A stretch of DNA of 63,233 nt, counting the filler, from Octopus bimaculoides (Eukaryota): the NCBI RefSeq assembly GCF_001194135.2. It is 5 parts of 5 records of this genome, joined end to end, with 100 filler letters (N's around TTAATTAATTAA, not from the genome) between each part and the next. Parts side by side here need not be neighbours in the genome. Positions count along the whole stretch, not along the records: positions 43,319 to 55,927 come from NC_068983.1; positions 56,028 to 62,062 come from NW_026337977.1; positions 62,163 to 63,233 come from NW_026317031.1; 2 more parts are not named here. The stretch is one strand, 5' to 3'. The notes under the pieces are model-generated. The model did not search any database. It was not told where the DNA came from and saw nothing but the letters and a program-made list of their open reading frames with translations. Shown here in pieces: positions 52,130 through 63,233 of the stretch (position 1 is its first letter; each line of letters starts with the position of its first letter). Both the position numbers and the translations under genes were made by a program.

Positions 52130-54000
52130 TTAGTTGTGGTAGGTATATTCTATTTTGGGGTATGTATAATTTCTGAAGGGAGTGTTTACTTTCTAGTTTT
52201 CTTGTCAAGACACTTTCAATGCACTTAAACTCCGATGCTTTATCTTGCAGTTTTCATTTAAAACGTGCATACTGTTGACTTCAGTATCCATATGGCTTTT
52301 TAATTCCGCTATAGAACTTCCTAATAATTATTCTGGTTCCCTTTTATGTTTTCTTATGGAATATACTTCACCAAATGTTTCTTATGCTAAGTTCCTATCA
52401 GTCTATTTAATTTTCTATTTTCTGATTTTGGTATCTTGATTAATGAATAAACTCCTACATTTCTGGCTTTGCGATTGAATATTATTGAATATCAATTTAT
52501 ACTTCATTTGACTCTTTTGGCTTGGAACTAGTTTCAATCTATCCTATATATGCGGAGTAAATTGCTTATCTTTGTTCACAATATTTGTAAAACTGCAAGT
52601 TTCATTTGGCATATATACTAATAGAATCAGAAAGTAGTGTAAAGTAAGCAGGTTTCCTGAAAATCCTCCTTAAATGTTTTATTATAATCTTGTCATGTAA
52701 TGATAGTGCTTCCATTTCTGGATGACATGGTTGATTTACTATTTTGTTAATAGAACTGCTTTATTTGTTTATAGCATCTAGAATGTCTGTAATTATTGTT
52801 CGCTGACAAATTCTTTTCGGTAATCAATTCATATCATTTTCAGTCATTTGTTTTTGTTCACCTGCTCTCAATAACGACTCTGTTTATAAACAGCTGATAT
52901 TTGCTCTCATATATAACCTCGAATTTCTTTCGGCCTCCCTGGTAAAATATATATCGTTGAAGCATAAGCGGTGTGACAGATAGAACTGATGACTTAGCAT
53001 ATTGCACATAAAATGGCTATTTGCAGCAGTTCTGAAATTCGTTGATGTTCGTTTTTGTTTCGTTTCTACCTCGTTTTTGTATAAATTCATTCCATACTTT
53101 TTGCTGTTGTTTCGTATATAGTGTAGGAATCTTTCATTTAAAAAATGCATTTTATAGAAGAGCCGTCTAGTAGTTCACACTTTTTTGGGCTTCCAAATCC
53201 CCCTTGTTATACTGATTAAGTTTTCATCATTCTACATTTGCTTGTTCTCTTTGGATCTCTTACATTCTGATTTAATGTGTTCCTCAATATAATTATATTT
53301 GCATTGATGTTTCTTTTCTATGCTGTGATGAGTTTTTTTTTTAATATTGATGCTTTGGTAGACTATCTAAATATCTGCTTTTCTACGAAACTTATTCGGC
53401 AATTCTTTGTCAGAAATAGCTCCATAGCCAGACCTCTTTTATGTTCACTTATTGTATCCACTTAATATTAGCACACCATATAGTTTCTGTTAGATCATTC
53501 TTCATTGTTGACGACACTGCTCTGTTGTGTGATATTATTTTCCTGGCTTTTATGTAGTAGGTTGATATCTATATTTACTGTGGCGTATTATTCACATAGA
53601 TGATTATGTGGTATTTCATATAGTTATCAACTTTGTAGATTTTACTTACAATGTCTGTGTAACTATTTTCGATTTTTTGTAATGACTTCTCCCTTTCTTG
53701 CTGCTATCATATCTTCAGAGTTCTATTGTGTCACATGTGTTATCGCTATTATTGTGTTATTTTCATTGCGTTTTGAAAATGTATATGTTCTGTCTGCTGA
53801 GTTGGGCTGATTTCCATTGTTTTTGAAAGCTTGTTGTGTTAGTTTACTGTAGATTCTTTGGTTCTTATATACGCCTATTTCCTATAATAGTTCCGAAATA
53901 TTTCTAAGGCTTATTGCGAATCTATGTAATTCGCTAATGCATTTGAATCCACTTCTATTCACTACATAGTGAATGTCATAGTGTGAGCGTGTGATGTATA
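52130..54000 (-). mobile_element. Very decayed AT-rich LINE-like coding remnant
   Basis: Purine-rich coding-like strand bias and only fragmentary RT-like peptides (e.g. TFGEVYS, RIYLP). Confidence 0.3.
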
Positions 54001-54299
54001 TCATGGCCGTACTGTAGAGTTTAAAGAGTTAGACGGAATGACTTTGATTCGTACTATCTAGATTGAGAATATCCAGTGCAATGTCTGCAAAAGGATGTTG
54101 AGAAAGAGAAGGAGGGAGGGAGAAGGAGAAAAAGAAAGCTCGTGGAGAGAGAGCGGGATAGCAATAAGGAGAGATTAATAGAGAAAGGGTGTAGGTGAAT
54201 GTGTGTGGGTGTGAGTATGAATATGGGCTTTTGGTCAAAATGCTTCACAATTTCCATTTTTGATGGAATTTAACAAGCATGAGGCAGAATATTTTATAT

Positions 54300-54418
54300 T
54301 ATTTCAGCCATATCACGTTGAATGCACCGGTTCCCGCTCAATCGCCGAAGTTAAGCAACGAAGAGCCTAGTTAATACGTAGATGGGTGACTGCTTGAGAA
54401 ACCTGTGTGCAATAAGCA
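54300..54418 (+). pseudogene. Full-length 5S rRNA-like copy (pseudogene or SINE3-type head)
   Basis: GCCATATCACGTTGAATGCACCGGTTCCCG...GAAGTTAAGCAACG...GTTAATACGTAGATGGGTGACTGC matches the metazoan 5S layout with many substitutions. Confidence 0.88.
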
Positions 54419-54427
54419 CCTCACAAT

Positions 54428-55866
54428 GCTGATATCAGAATGGATTTCGAATTGATAAAAGTATGGTGTGTTAGTCTTGAAGATAGACAAAATAAAAAAA
54501 GTATGGACGGGCTAGCGATACTGTCGGGGGAAGTTATGAAGCAAATAGTAGAGCTGGGCTGTAAGTACTTGTAGATATTGGAAATAGCTAAATTGATGGA
54601 GAAAGAAATGACAGAAAAATTTAAGGTAGAGTACTTGCGTAGACTGAGACTGATCCGTAAGTCGAAATTAAACGGAGGGAATAAGGTTGAAGCTATCAAC
54701 ACCTGGGTGGTTTCACACCTTAGATATGGAGCAAGGTTAATCGCATGGACAGTAGATGAACTAAACAGCTTAGACAGAAAGACAAGGAAGTTGCTGACTA
54801 AATATGGGATACTCAAACTAAAAAGTGACACAGACAAACTGTATTTACCAAGAAAAAGAGTGGGGGACTGATTGGATCCGAACACAACATTAAAGCAGAA
54901 GAAAACAACATAGAATGATATGTAAAAAATCCCACAGAACCACTATTATTAGAAGTATGAAGGTCAGGCTTACGTAGGATGGAAGATTGCAAAGATAAAG
55001 CACTGTACAAGCACTTGAGAATGAATGAAACTGAAAATAGGTAGATAAAGAAAAGAATGCATAGACAATTTCATAGGGATGTTGAAAATGAGACAGACAG
55101 AGAAAAAAGATAGCTATGGATGACCAAAAGTGATTCAAGTCCAGAAACGTAGGCTCTAATCTGTGGTGCCCAAGAACAAACATTAAGAACCGATTACATC
55201 AAATAGACAACACATCGAAAAGTTATAAGTGCAGAATTTGTGGACAAACGGTGATTGGTACATTGATTGGTAAGCTAGTGGCGTACCAATCAATGTACGC
55301 CACTAGCCCAGAAAGATTATAAGATACATTATCAAAACTTACGCAAACATTGTCCATTGGACACTTTGCAACAAGTTTGGACTTGATACAGCAAGCAAGT
55401 TGTACGGACATAAACGCGAAGGTATCATCGAAAATGACAATGCAAAGATCTTATGAGATTTTATGATTCAGTGTGACCATGAGATACAGAATAAGAAACC
55501 CAACATAGTGTTAATTGAGAAAGAAGAGAAAAGATACTGAGTCACAGATATAGCGTGCCCAGCTAACAACATGGTATGTGATAAGGAAGAAAGAAAAGTC
55601 GATAGACATGATGGGTTAGCTTGGTAGGTTAAGCAGCTGTAGTCGATGAAAAAAGTGGCAGTAGTATCAATAATTGTCGGAGACATGGAAACAGGGAGTA
55701 AAAATCTTGAGAAGTACATTGAACAAATAGGGGCTGTAATAAGGCTTGATGGAACCGCTCGAATACTCCGGATGGTGCTCGAAAAATAAAGGGTGTTACC
55801 TTAGTTCACTGGTAGTGAACAGCTGGCACCGTAGTACATCTCCAGCGTTAGAAGCTGTGAAAAGGC

Positions 55867-55927
<61 letters not shown>
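54428..55927 (+). mobile_element. 5'-truncated R4/Dong-clade non-LTR retrotransposon (RT end, zinc knuckle, REL endonuclease, 3' UTR, (TAA)n tail)
   Basis: ADIRMDF, KSKLNGGNKVEAINTW, KLYLPRK, KCRICG, DFMIQCDHEIQNKKPNIV...DIACP and KNLEKYIEQIG; (TAA)n tail from ~55867. Confidence 0.92.
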
Positions 55928-56524
55928 NNNNNNNNNNNNNNNNNNNNNNNNNNNNNNNNNNNNNNNNNNNNTTAATTAATTAANNNNNNNNNNNNNNNNN
56001 NNNNNNNNNNNNNNNNNNNNNNNNNNNATGTGTTGTCACATTTTGGAATGACCTGAGGTAGATGGGCAAAGCAAAAGTACTTTCTGGGACAGGAGAATGC
56101 GGAAAATGGTTGGTCCTTGTGTGTATGTGTGGGTGTGTGCGCGCGTCTGTGTATGATAGCGTGTGTGTGTGTGGGGGGGGGGCAGTAAATGAATGTCTGT
56201 GTGTGTATGTGTGTGTGCATGTAGGTGTGTGTTGTGTGCGCGTGTATGTTCGTGTGTATATGTACGTGTATGTGTGTGCATGTAGGTGTGTGTTGTGTGT
56301 GTATTTTGTGTCTGTTGTATGTTTTGTATGAGCGGAGGTATATGTGCGTTCATATATGTGTGTACGTGTATGTGTCTGTGCGTGCATGTACGTGTGTAAA
56401 TGTATGTATGTATGTATGTGCATGTATGTGTGTGTTGTGTGTGTGTTGCGTGTGTTGTGTGTGTGGAGGTATATGTTCGGTCGTGTGTGCGTGTTGTGTG
56501 TGTTGTGTGTGTGTGTGTGTGTGT

Positions 56525-57415
56525 GCCATTTCTGCACCTTGATTGCGAATCATTACCCCATTAGGCACCCCAACAATAAACTCCAAGTCCTTGATACTGA
56601 ACTTTGGTTAGTGACTGTAAACAACAGAGTGTAACTCCGCCACCTCTTTAACTTGACTCCCATAGCTTCTAAATATGTTGTTCACAAGAACTCAGCGTTG
56701 TCACACAATATGAAAATTGGTATACTGATAGCAGACTTAAGATAATATACAATATTTCCCCCTATGCGAACCCTAAGAGAGAGGAAAACATGTACAGAAC
56801 TTCATGCCCCGCATGCAATTCTCTGGACATGACACAAAAAATAAAATTTGTGCATTGAGAGGAGCCAGAAGGAAATTAGATAACATCATATGTAATGAAG
56901 CCAGTGGTTCCCGCCCCAGATACAAGTGGTAAAGACTGAAATAATATACAGTGGGTTTGTGCCAAAGCAAATAGAGTGAACACAGGCTATATAGCTGACA
57001 AATATCAAGGAGTGATGTTTGTAGAGGCCACACATCACAGGAAATTGGCCCGTTGATTTAGGAAGCCCCTTGAGAAGCCAGGGAGCTCCACCAGATCACA
57101 GTTACGTAGGACGTACCCCTTCTAAACTACATGCACTAGTGAGAACTGGCATTAACTGTAAAACTAGAAAAGTAGGCAACAGCAGAAGGTGTATAGAAAG
57201 CGATTGTAAGGACAGAAAACGGCAAACATTAGAGAGATCTCCAGGAGTATAGCAAAGAGAATAAACGAACGCTTGTCAAAAATCAACATGGAGGTCCACT
57301 AGGAAGAATTGACATCTACATTATTATCCAAGCACCCGAAGGATCCATCACTTCGTCAAATACAAGAGTACGTCCTCCTAAATGAAACGTTCCCCGTACT
57401 AAATAGAAAATAGAT
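56525..57415 (+). mobile_element. Second remnant of the same PLE family as 36970 (thumb plus GIY-YIG)
   Basis: HPNNKLQVLDTELW...PIASKYVVHKNSAL; GINCKTRKV; ISRSIAKRINE; KHPKDPSLRQIQE; FPVLNRK. Confidence 0.8.
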
Positions 57416-58015
57416 GTGGAAGGCAGAGATACCCGAATACCCCCAGAGTATACATACGTAGGTACGTTTTCAAAAACGCATTTAAGTTGGTAAATAGATG
57501 GGTAGGTAAATAGACATGTAGGTAGAAAGATAGATACATAGGCAGGTAGGTAGGTACATAGGTAATACGTACAGATAAGCACACACACATACACACACAC
57601 ACATACACACACACACATACACACACACACACATACACACACACACATATATATACGCACACATACACACATACAAACACATACACACACACACACACAC
57701 ACACAAGCAGACAGAAACACATGACCATAGAAACATACGCATACACACAAAGATACATATGGAGACACACATCCATACATAATTGGTGCACGTAGATAAT
57801 CACACAAACTCATACACATAGACGCACTCAAACACAAGCAAGGAACCAGACTTTCACATGCAAATACACACACACATACATACAAACACAAAAGAAGCAC
57901 ACACACACACAAACATACAAACCCATGAATATGCAGAATATATGCATACATGCATGCATACATACATACATACATACATATATATATACATACATACATA
58001 CATACATACACACAT

Positions 58016-58207
58016 ATGCAGAGATGCCTATAATAGGACATCTACTCGCTAGAAATAGCAGCAGAAGACTACATACCACAAAAATTAGGGATAATTTCGA
58101 AAGGAAATGAAAAATATTCCTTTCGAAATTATCCCTAATTTTTGTGGTATGTAGTCTTTTGCTGCTATTTCGAGCGAGTAGATGTCCTATTATAGGCATC
58201 TCTGCAT
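58016..58207. repeat. Near-perfect palindrome: 91-bp arms, 10-nt loop, 2 mismatches
   Basis: 58016-58106 is the reverse complement of 58117-58207. Confidence 0.97.
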
Positions 58208-58342
58208 TTTAAATGAATAATACATAGTCTATTGACTGTTTTTTTTACTCTCGCTAGACCACTGGTGGTAAATAAAATTTCTAAAATTTTTTTGCTACCC
58301 TATAATTTGTACATACACACACACATATATATGTATATATAT

Positions 58343-59511
58343 GTGTCTACAGGTAATTATAACGTCAGATATCTTATTAAGTAAACTTTTTTTTTGACTC
58401 GGATTATGTGGATCACCTCCTTCATGCATAAACCGCAATTCTTCGTGTGTGTATTACATGGTGTGGATCTCCTTATTATAGACTAATTCAGACTGAATTG
58501 TTTATTGTTCATTTTTTTATTTATTGATGTAGGTTGCTAGTGCGGTTGAATTATTTGTTTTGTGGTTAGTGAAAGTGTTTATATACGCCCTATAGTATTA
58601 CCTATGTAAATCTTTTTATGTTCATTTAAGGTTGAGACTTCAACTTTATATACAGTATTTCTCCTTAAACAGAAGCTTTAAGGGGACAAAGTTCCCCATT
58701 ACGACAATTACATGTTTTTATTTTATTTCCGGGTTTAGTCTTACTATTTTTAATATCCATGTTCTTCTTATTGTTCTTCGTGTTAGGGTCAGCTAAGTTA
58801 TCTCTATTGGTTTTGTTATTTCTAAGTTTAAATCTATTATCGGCTGCGATGATAGATCCAAGATTGAGTGTGGTAGAATAGGATAATTTAAGACTGGATC
58901 TATTAAATATAGAATGGTATTTACGACCTGGTGGGAAGTTCCTATCGATAATGCTAAAAAATAACTTAGGGGAGGTTTCTTACCCGGAGGGAGAAGGTGG
59001 GGGTGTGAACCATACAACTTCCCGTTTCCTCCCTGAATTGTTGCTATTCTGCCCCGTATGGTTACTGTTATTCTTGAAGAATCTATAAGTGTCTTCTAAA
59101 GTGTCGTTGGCTTCTATATTCGGTGGGGTTGTTCATAGGATGCTTGTCGATGTTAGAATTCGCAATATTTGGAAACTGTTTGCCTAATTTGTTTTTAAAT
59201 ATTGTGGTCTCAATACAGAATATTTTCGTATTAAAACCACTATCTTTTAGAGCTGTATCATAAAGGGGTGCACACTCGTCAAAGATATTTTCATTTGCGG
59301 GTAAATTAGATATTCTTATCGGTGCACCTTTGATCATCTCCTTAATGACACTTTGGGTATGATTTGAAAAGGGGTGGATATACATAATAGTTTTGCTAGG
59401 TTTATAATAGGGGGGGGGGATAAGCCATTATCCAAATTTAATGTTACATCTAATATGTTAACACATTTAGAGAATTTTCAAATATATCTAATTTGTATAA
59501 TATAAAAAATA
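58343..59511 (-). mobile_element. Penelope-like element, Naiad-like (RT thumb, Cys linker, GIY-YIG to C-terminus), decayed
   Basis: LDVTLNL, YIHPFSNH, RKREVVWFTPPP, IIDRNFPP...IFNR..LKLSYS, CNCRNGELCPL, KIYIGNT, CGLC and LLNKIS...TCRH. Confidence 0.88.
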
Positions 59512-59718
59512 NNNNNNNNNNNNNNNNNNNNNNNNNNNNNNNNNNNNNNNNNNNNNNNNNNNNNNNNNNNNNNNNNNNNNNNNNNNNNNNNNNNNNNNNN
59601 NNNNNNNNNNNNNNNNNNNNNNNNNNNNNNNNNNNNNNNNNNNNNNNNNNNNNNNNNNNNNNNNNNNNNNNNNNNNNNNNNNNNNNNNNNNNNNNNNNNN
59701 NNNNNNNNNNNNNNNNNN

Positions 59719-61300
59719 AGACAAGTCGTGTAGATGACAAACAGCTGTATTAGTATAACGCTCGGGAAGTGAAAAAGGCTTTAAAGTTTCGAGCCTATGC
59801 TCTTCCACACAAAGGAACATAGAAAGAAACAAGGAGAGAAAAAAAGAATGTGTAGTGGCTAGCAATCTATCACGGTGAATTCTGGACAGAAGTGTCACAC
59901 AGGAGAGCTAGGAAGAAGGGGAGATAATAAAGTAGTGGTGATCCCAAAACGAAGGTGCGCGTGCGTGTGTATAAGAGAGATCGTATGTGCGTGTGGAAGA
60001 TGGCTGGTGATCTTGACGTGCGCATGTGTGTATGTGTAGGTGTGAAAATGTGGGGCTGGGAATTGATCAGTGATGGTGTGTGCGTGGTGGTGTGTTGTGA
60101 TGTGATGTGTTGTGTGGTATGGTGTAGTGGTTTGTGGTATGGTGTGATGGTTTTGGGAAGTCGGGGAGGCGAGAGAGGGGAAAGCAAGGATGTGTTGTGG
60201 GTTAGGCTGAAGGTGGGTGTAGAGGTGAGGTANNNNNNNNNNNNNNNNNNNNNNNNNNNNNNNNNNNNNNNNNNNNNNNNNNNNNNNNNNNNNNNNNNNN
60301 NNNNNNNNNNNNNNNNNNNNNNNNNNNNNNNNNNNNNNNNNNNNNNNNNNNNNNNNNNNNNNNNNNNNNNNNNNNNNNNNNNNNNNNNNNNNNNNNNNNN
60401 NNNNNNNNNNNNNNNNNNNNNNNNNNNNNNNNNNNNNNNNNNNNNNNNNNNNNNNNNNNNNNNNNNNNNNNNNNNNNNNNNNNNNNNNNNNNNNNNNNNN
60501 NNNNNNNNNNNNNNNNNNNNNNNNNNNNNNNNNNNNNNNNNNNNNNNNNNNNNNNNNNNNNNNNNNNNNNNNNNNNNNNNNNNNNNNNNNNNNNNNNNNN
60601 NNNNNNNNNNNNNNNNNNNNNNNNNNNNNNNNNNNNNNNNNNNNNNNNNNNNNNNNNNNNNNNNNNNNNNNNNNNNNNNNNNNNNNNNNNNNNNNNNNNN
60701 NNNNNNNNNNNNNNNNNNNNNNNNNNNNNNNNNNNNNNNNNNNNNNNNNNNNNNNNNNNNNNNNNNNNNNNNNNNNNNNNNNNNNNNNNNNNNNNNNNNN
60801 NNNNNNNNNNNNNNNNNNNNNNNNNNNNNNNNNNNNNNNNNNNNNNNNNNNNNNNNNNNNNNNNNNNNNNNNNNNNNNNNNNNNNNNNNNNNNNNNNNNN
60901 NNNNNNNNNNNNNNNNNNNNNNNNNNNNNNNNNNNNNNNNNNNNNNNNNNNNNNNNNNNNNNNNNNNNNNNNNNNNNNNNNNNNNNNNNNNNNNNNNNNN
61001 NNNNNNNNNNNNNNNNNNNNNNNNNNNNNNNNNNNNNNNNNNNNNNNNNNNNNNNNNNNNNNNNNNNNNNNNNNNNNNNNNNNNNNNNNNNNNNNNNNNN
61101 NNNNNNNNNNNNNNAGGGCGGTGTGGATAGTGGTGAGGGGATATTCACGTAGGATGAAGTGGCGAGCCATGAGTTGAGACAGTCTCAAAGTCATGCTATT
61201 CACTACAGAGCCTGCGTAGAAGGAGGAGTTGGGAATAGGGGATGGAAAGCTTGGTGTGTTTAGCGTGGGAGGAGGAGAAGTTGAGGTACGAGTGTGAGTC
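59719..61300 (-). mobile_element. Probable third PLE family: GIY-YIG-like fragment (61116-61290), CA-rich 3' region and decayed hammerhead (59779-59814); largely gap
   Basis: SFPSPIPNSSFYAGSVVNSMTLRLSQL resembles Y.G.T...L..RL..H; CTTT GTGTGGA A GAGC ATAG GCTC GAAA CTT T AAAG. Confidence 0.45.
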
Positions 61301-61312
61301 TATACATGTATA

Positions 61313-61453
61313 TTTTTTATATTATACAAATTGGATATCATATTTGAAAATGTCTGTAAATGTGTTAACATATTGGATGTAACATTAAATTTGGATAATT
61401 GCTTATTCTACCCCTATCATAAGCCTAGCAAAACTATTAAGTATATCCACCCA
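61313..61453 (+). mobile_element. Inverted duplicate of the PLE RT segment 59376-59511
   Basis: Nucleotide homology to the reverse complement of 59376-59511; translates VNILDVTLNLDNCLFYPYHKPSKTIKYIHP. Confidence 0.88.
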
Positions 61454-62452
61454 TTATCTAGCATGAAAAATTTTATATATCTATTAATTTATTAATTTAT
61501 TATTATTTTTACAGTTATTTATTTACCTTTGGTATTCAGGCATGTTTCCTTCTTTATAAGCTATTTTGATTTTAGGTTTTCTTCGATTTTTATAATAATA
61601 TGATTTTCAACTGCAAATTGTAATTTCATGCAAGCGGTTACTGAAAAGACCGTTAGTTAAAAGGACCAATAAAACAAAATAGTTTTCAAATGTATTTCTA
61701 TCAAAGTAATTGTATTTCTGCATATACCTTTATCCTGCTCCATTCTAAACAAAACTGTCCGACGAACGGGAAAAGTGAAACTCTGAGTGAAAGTTTTTTA
61801 TGATATACTTGCTGCTTTTTAATAAAATGCACACACAAGGTTTCCTTTCAGTGGGTGACCGTTGCTTTAAGACTGGAAGGCACACACACCTGAAAACCGT
61901 CCTCTAACCCTGAGCCTCTTCCCTGTTCAAAGTCCCATTTCTAAGTCCCTTTTTCCACTCATTAAATTCCCACCTTTTAGGCAAAAGTTTACTGGCATGT
62001 AAAGTTTCTTTCTCTATTCTTTCTTCCACGTCCTGTGATATTTAAAGACAGTTAACAATGTTNNNNNNNNNNNNNNNNNNNNNNNNNNNNNNNNNNNNNN
62101 NNNNNNTTAATTAATTAANNNNNNNNNNNNNNNNNNNNNNNNNNNNNNNNNNNNNNNNNNNNTATACTCACATTTACAAGACATAAATTATACATTAAAT
62201 AAAGATTGAACTGATACTCATGGAATTAGAACCCTTGCATATCCAATCTATAACAAATGGACAATTATAGTTGCATTAAATTTTAAAATCCCCCCCCCCC
62301 AAATTTTAATTGGTATCTTCCAATTATAAAAACAAAAAAAATATAAAAGAAATGATTTGACCAATTTATAATTTTATAATTTTATAACCTCAAACATAAT
62401 TTCACATTATGTTATTTAAGTCTATGAACTATATTCGGAATACAAGACAATG

Positions 62453-62682
62453 TAATGGATTTTATATACAATTATTATGGATTACTACAGAAGAATGACC
62501 AAAGAGGCATATATGAATTTCAAGAGTCTCATACTAAAGTCTCTCTACCAAAAATCAAAAGCAGATAATATAATGGATTTTACACATAACTATTATGGAT
62601 TATTACAGAAGACCAACCAAGGAAGAAAATATGGATTAAAGTCTCATACTAAAATGTACTTACCAAAACGCAAAGCAGTAAT
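62453..62682 (+). repeat. Diverged direct tandem duplication, period ~118 bp
   Basis: TAATGGATTT...TATTATGGATTA.TACAGAAGA...GTCTCATACTAAA...GCAG occurs twice. Confidence 0.8.
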
Positions 62683-62794
62683 TTTTAATTTTTAATATTT
62701 GATTTATATTGCAAACAAACACCCTTTTATAATATTACTTCATATTTTTTAACAAAAAACTACCATTTGATAAATTATACAAATTCAAAATTTA

Positions 62795-62886
62795 TATCTC
62801 TGAAGAGCAGAAGGGTTGTCGATAAATGCTTATCAATATAGGATTCCATTATTAGGACAACGCTTTCGTAAAACGATCGTAAAATG
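62795..62886 (+). ncRNA. Decayed type-I hammerhead motif with long stem II
   Basis: CTGAAGA(62800-62806) GC...GTTGTC/GACAAC...GT AAA ACGATCGT A; expected C11.1-G12 reads TA; perfect palindromic stem III. Confidence 0.55.
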
Positions 62887-63233
62887 CTTTAAAACTTAAT
62901 TCAAAATTTTTAAACTAACATATTTATTATTATTATATTATATATTTATACTTATACATTTTTACATATATTTTTACATATAGTTTTAATACAACAATTA
63001 TGTATCTTCTGTTGTGTCTGGGGAGAGTCATTTTCTTATTGTGCCTTAAAATTTAACACACTCACCGTTAAAATTTCCACTTATTTCTTATTTTTATTTT
63101 CCTAAAATTTTCGTTGCGTCTTGCAACCTTTTCAATAGTCTTTGGCAAATTTAAATGAAAAGTCTCTTTAAAAACATATTTGCATAGTATTCAAATACCA
63201 GGGGCATTTTCCTTGTTTCTGTCTGTCTCTGTT

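Noticed and set aside
54300-54418. Functional 5S rRNA gene
   Set aside because: Many substitutions including the termini, no oligo-T terminator, and not in a tandem array; treated as a retrocopy.
58343-59511. Selenocysteine-recoded PLE
   Set aside because: The visible linker Cys codons are TGT, not TGA, and no SECIS-like hairpin was identified by eye.
59895-61203. Longest ORFs in the track (417, 391 and 333 aa), and similar ones at 9.3, 27.7, 32.2, 35.4 and 44.4 kb
   Set aside because: Length comes from N gaps translated as X plus flanking microsatellites.
31596-62118. Recurrent TTAATTAATTAA motif (4 copies)
   Set aside because: Always embedded in N runs; a scaffolding linker, not biology.

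Overview
AT-rich, microsatellite-dense eukaryotic genomic DNA with many N gaps. The SINE families and repeat style suggest a coleoid cephalopod, probably Octopus; this is inferred from remembered repeat families, not a database search. No intact host protein-coding gene can be supported, and most ORFs in the track are microsatellite or gap artefacts. The window is mostly decayed mobile DNA: at least 4 Penelope-like element (PLE) remnants (RT and/or GIY-YIG), 3 R4/Dong-type non-LTR retrotransposon fragments, a LINE ORF1, mariner and maT-like remnants, a mariner MITE, many tRNA-derived SINEs, a full-length 5S rRNA-like copy fused to a LINE, and a 15-bp minisatellite. The strongest signal is invisible in the ORF track: eight type-I hammerhead ribozyme (HHR) motifs from several repeat families. 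They comprise a fully canonical one (35951-35991), an extended U4C variant (59-185), minimal A9b/ACGU motifs and decayed copies. Two of them sit in the 3' tail of a tRNA-headed SINE inserted as a fold-back palindrome with a 14-bp target-site duplication inside a PLE pseudo-LTR. This is the best candidate for an under-described system: ribozyme-tailed SINEs/retrozymes that may be mobilised by PLEs. All folds were paired by hand; ribozyme activity and novelty are untested.
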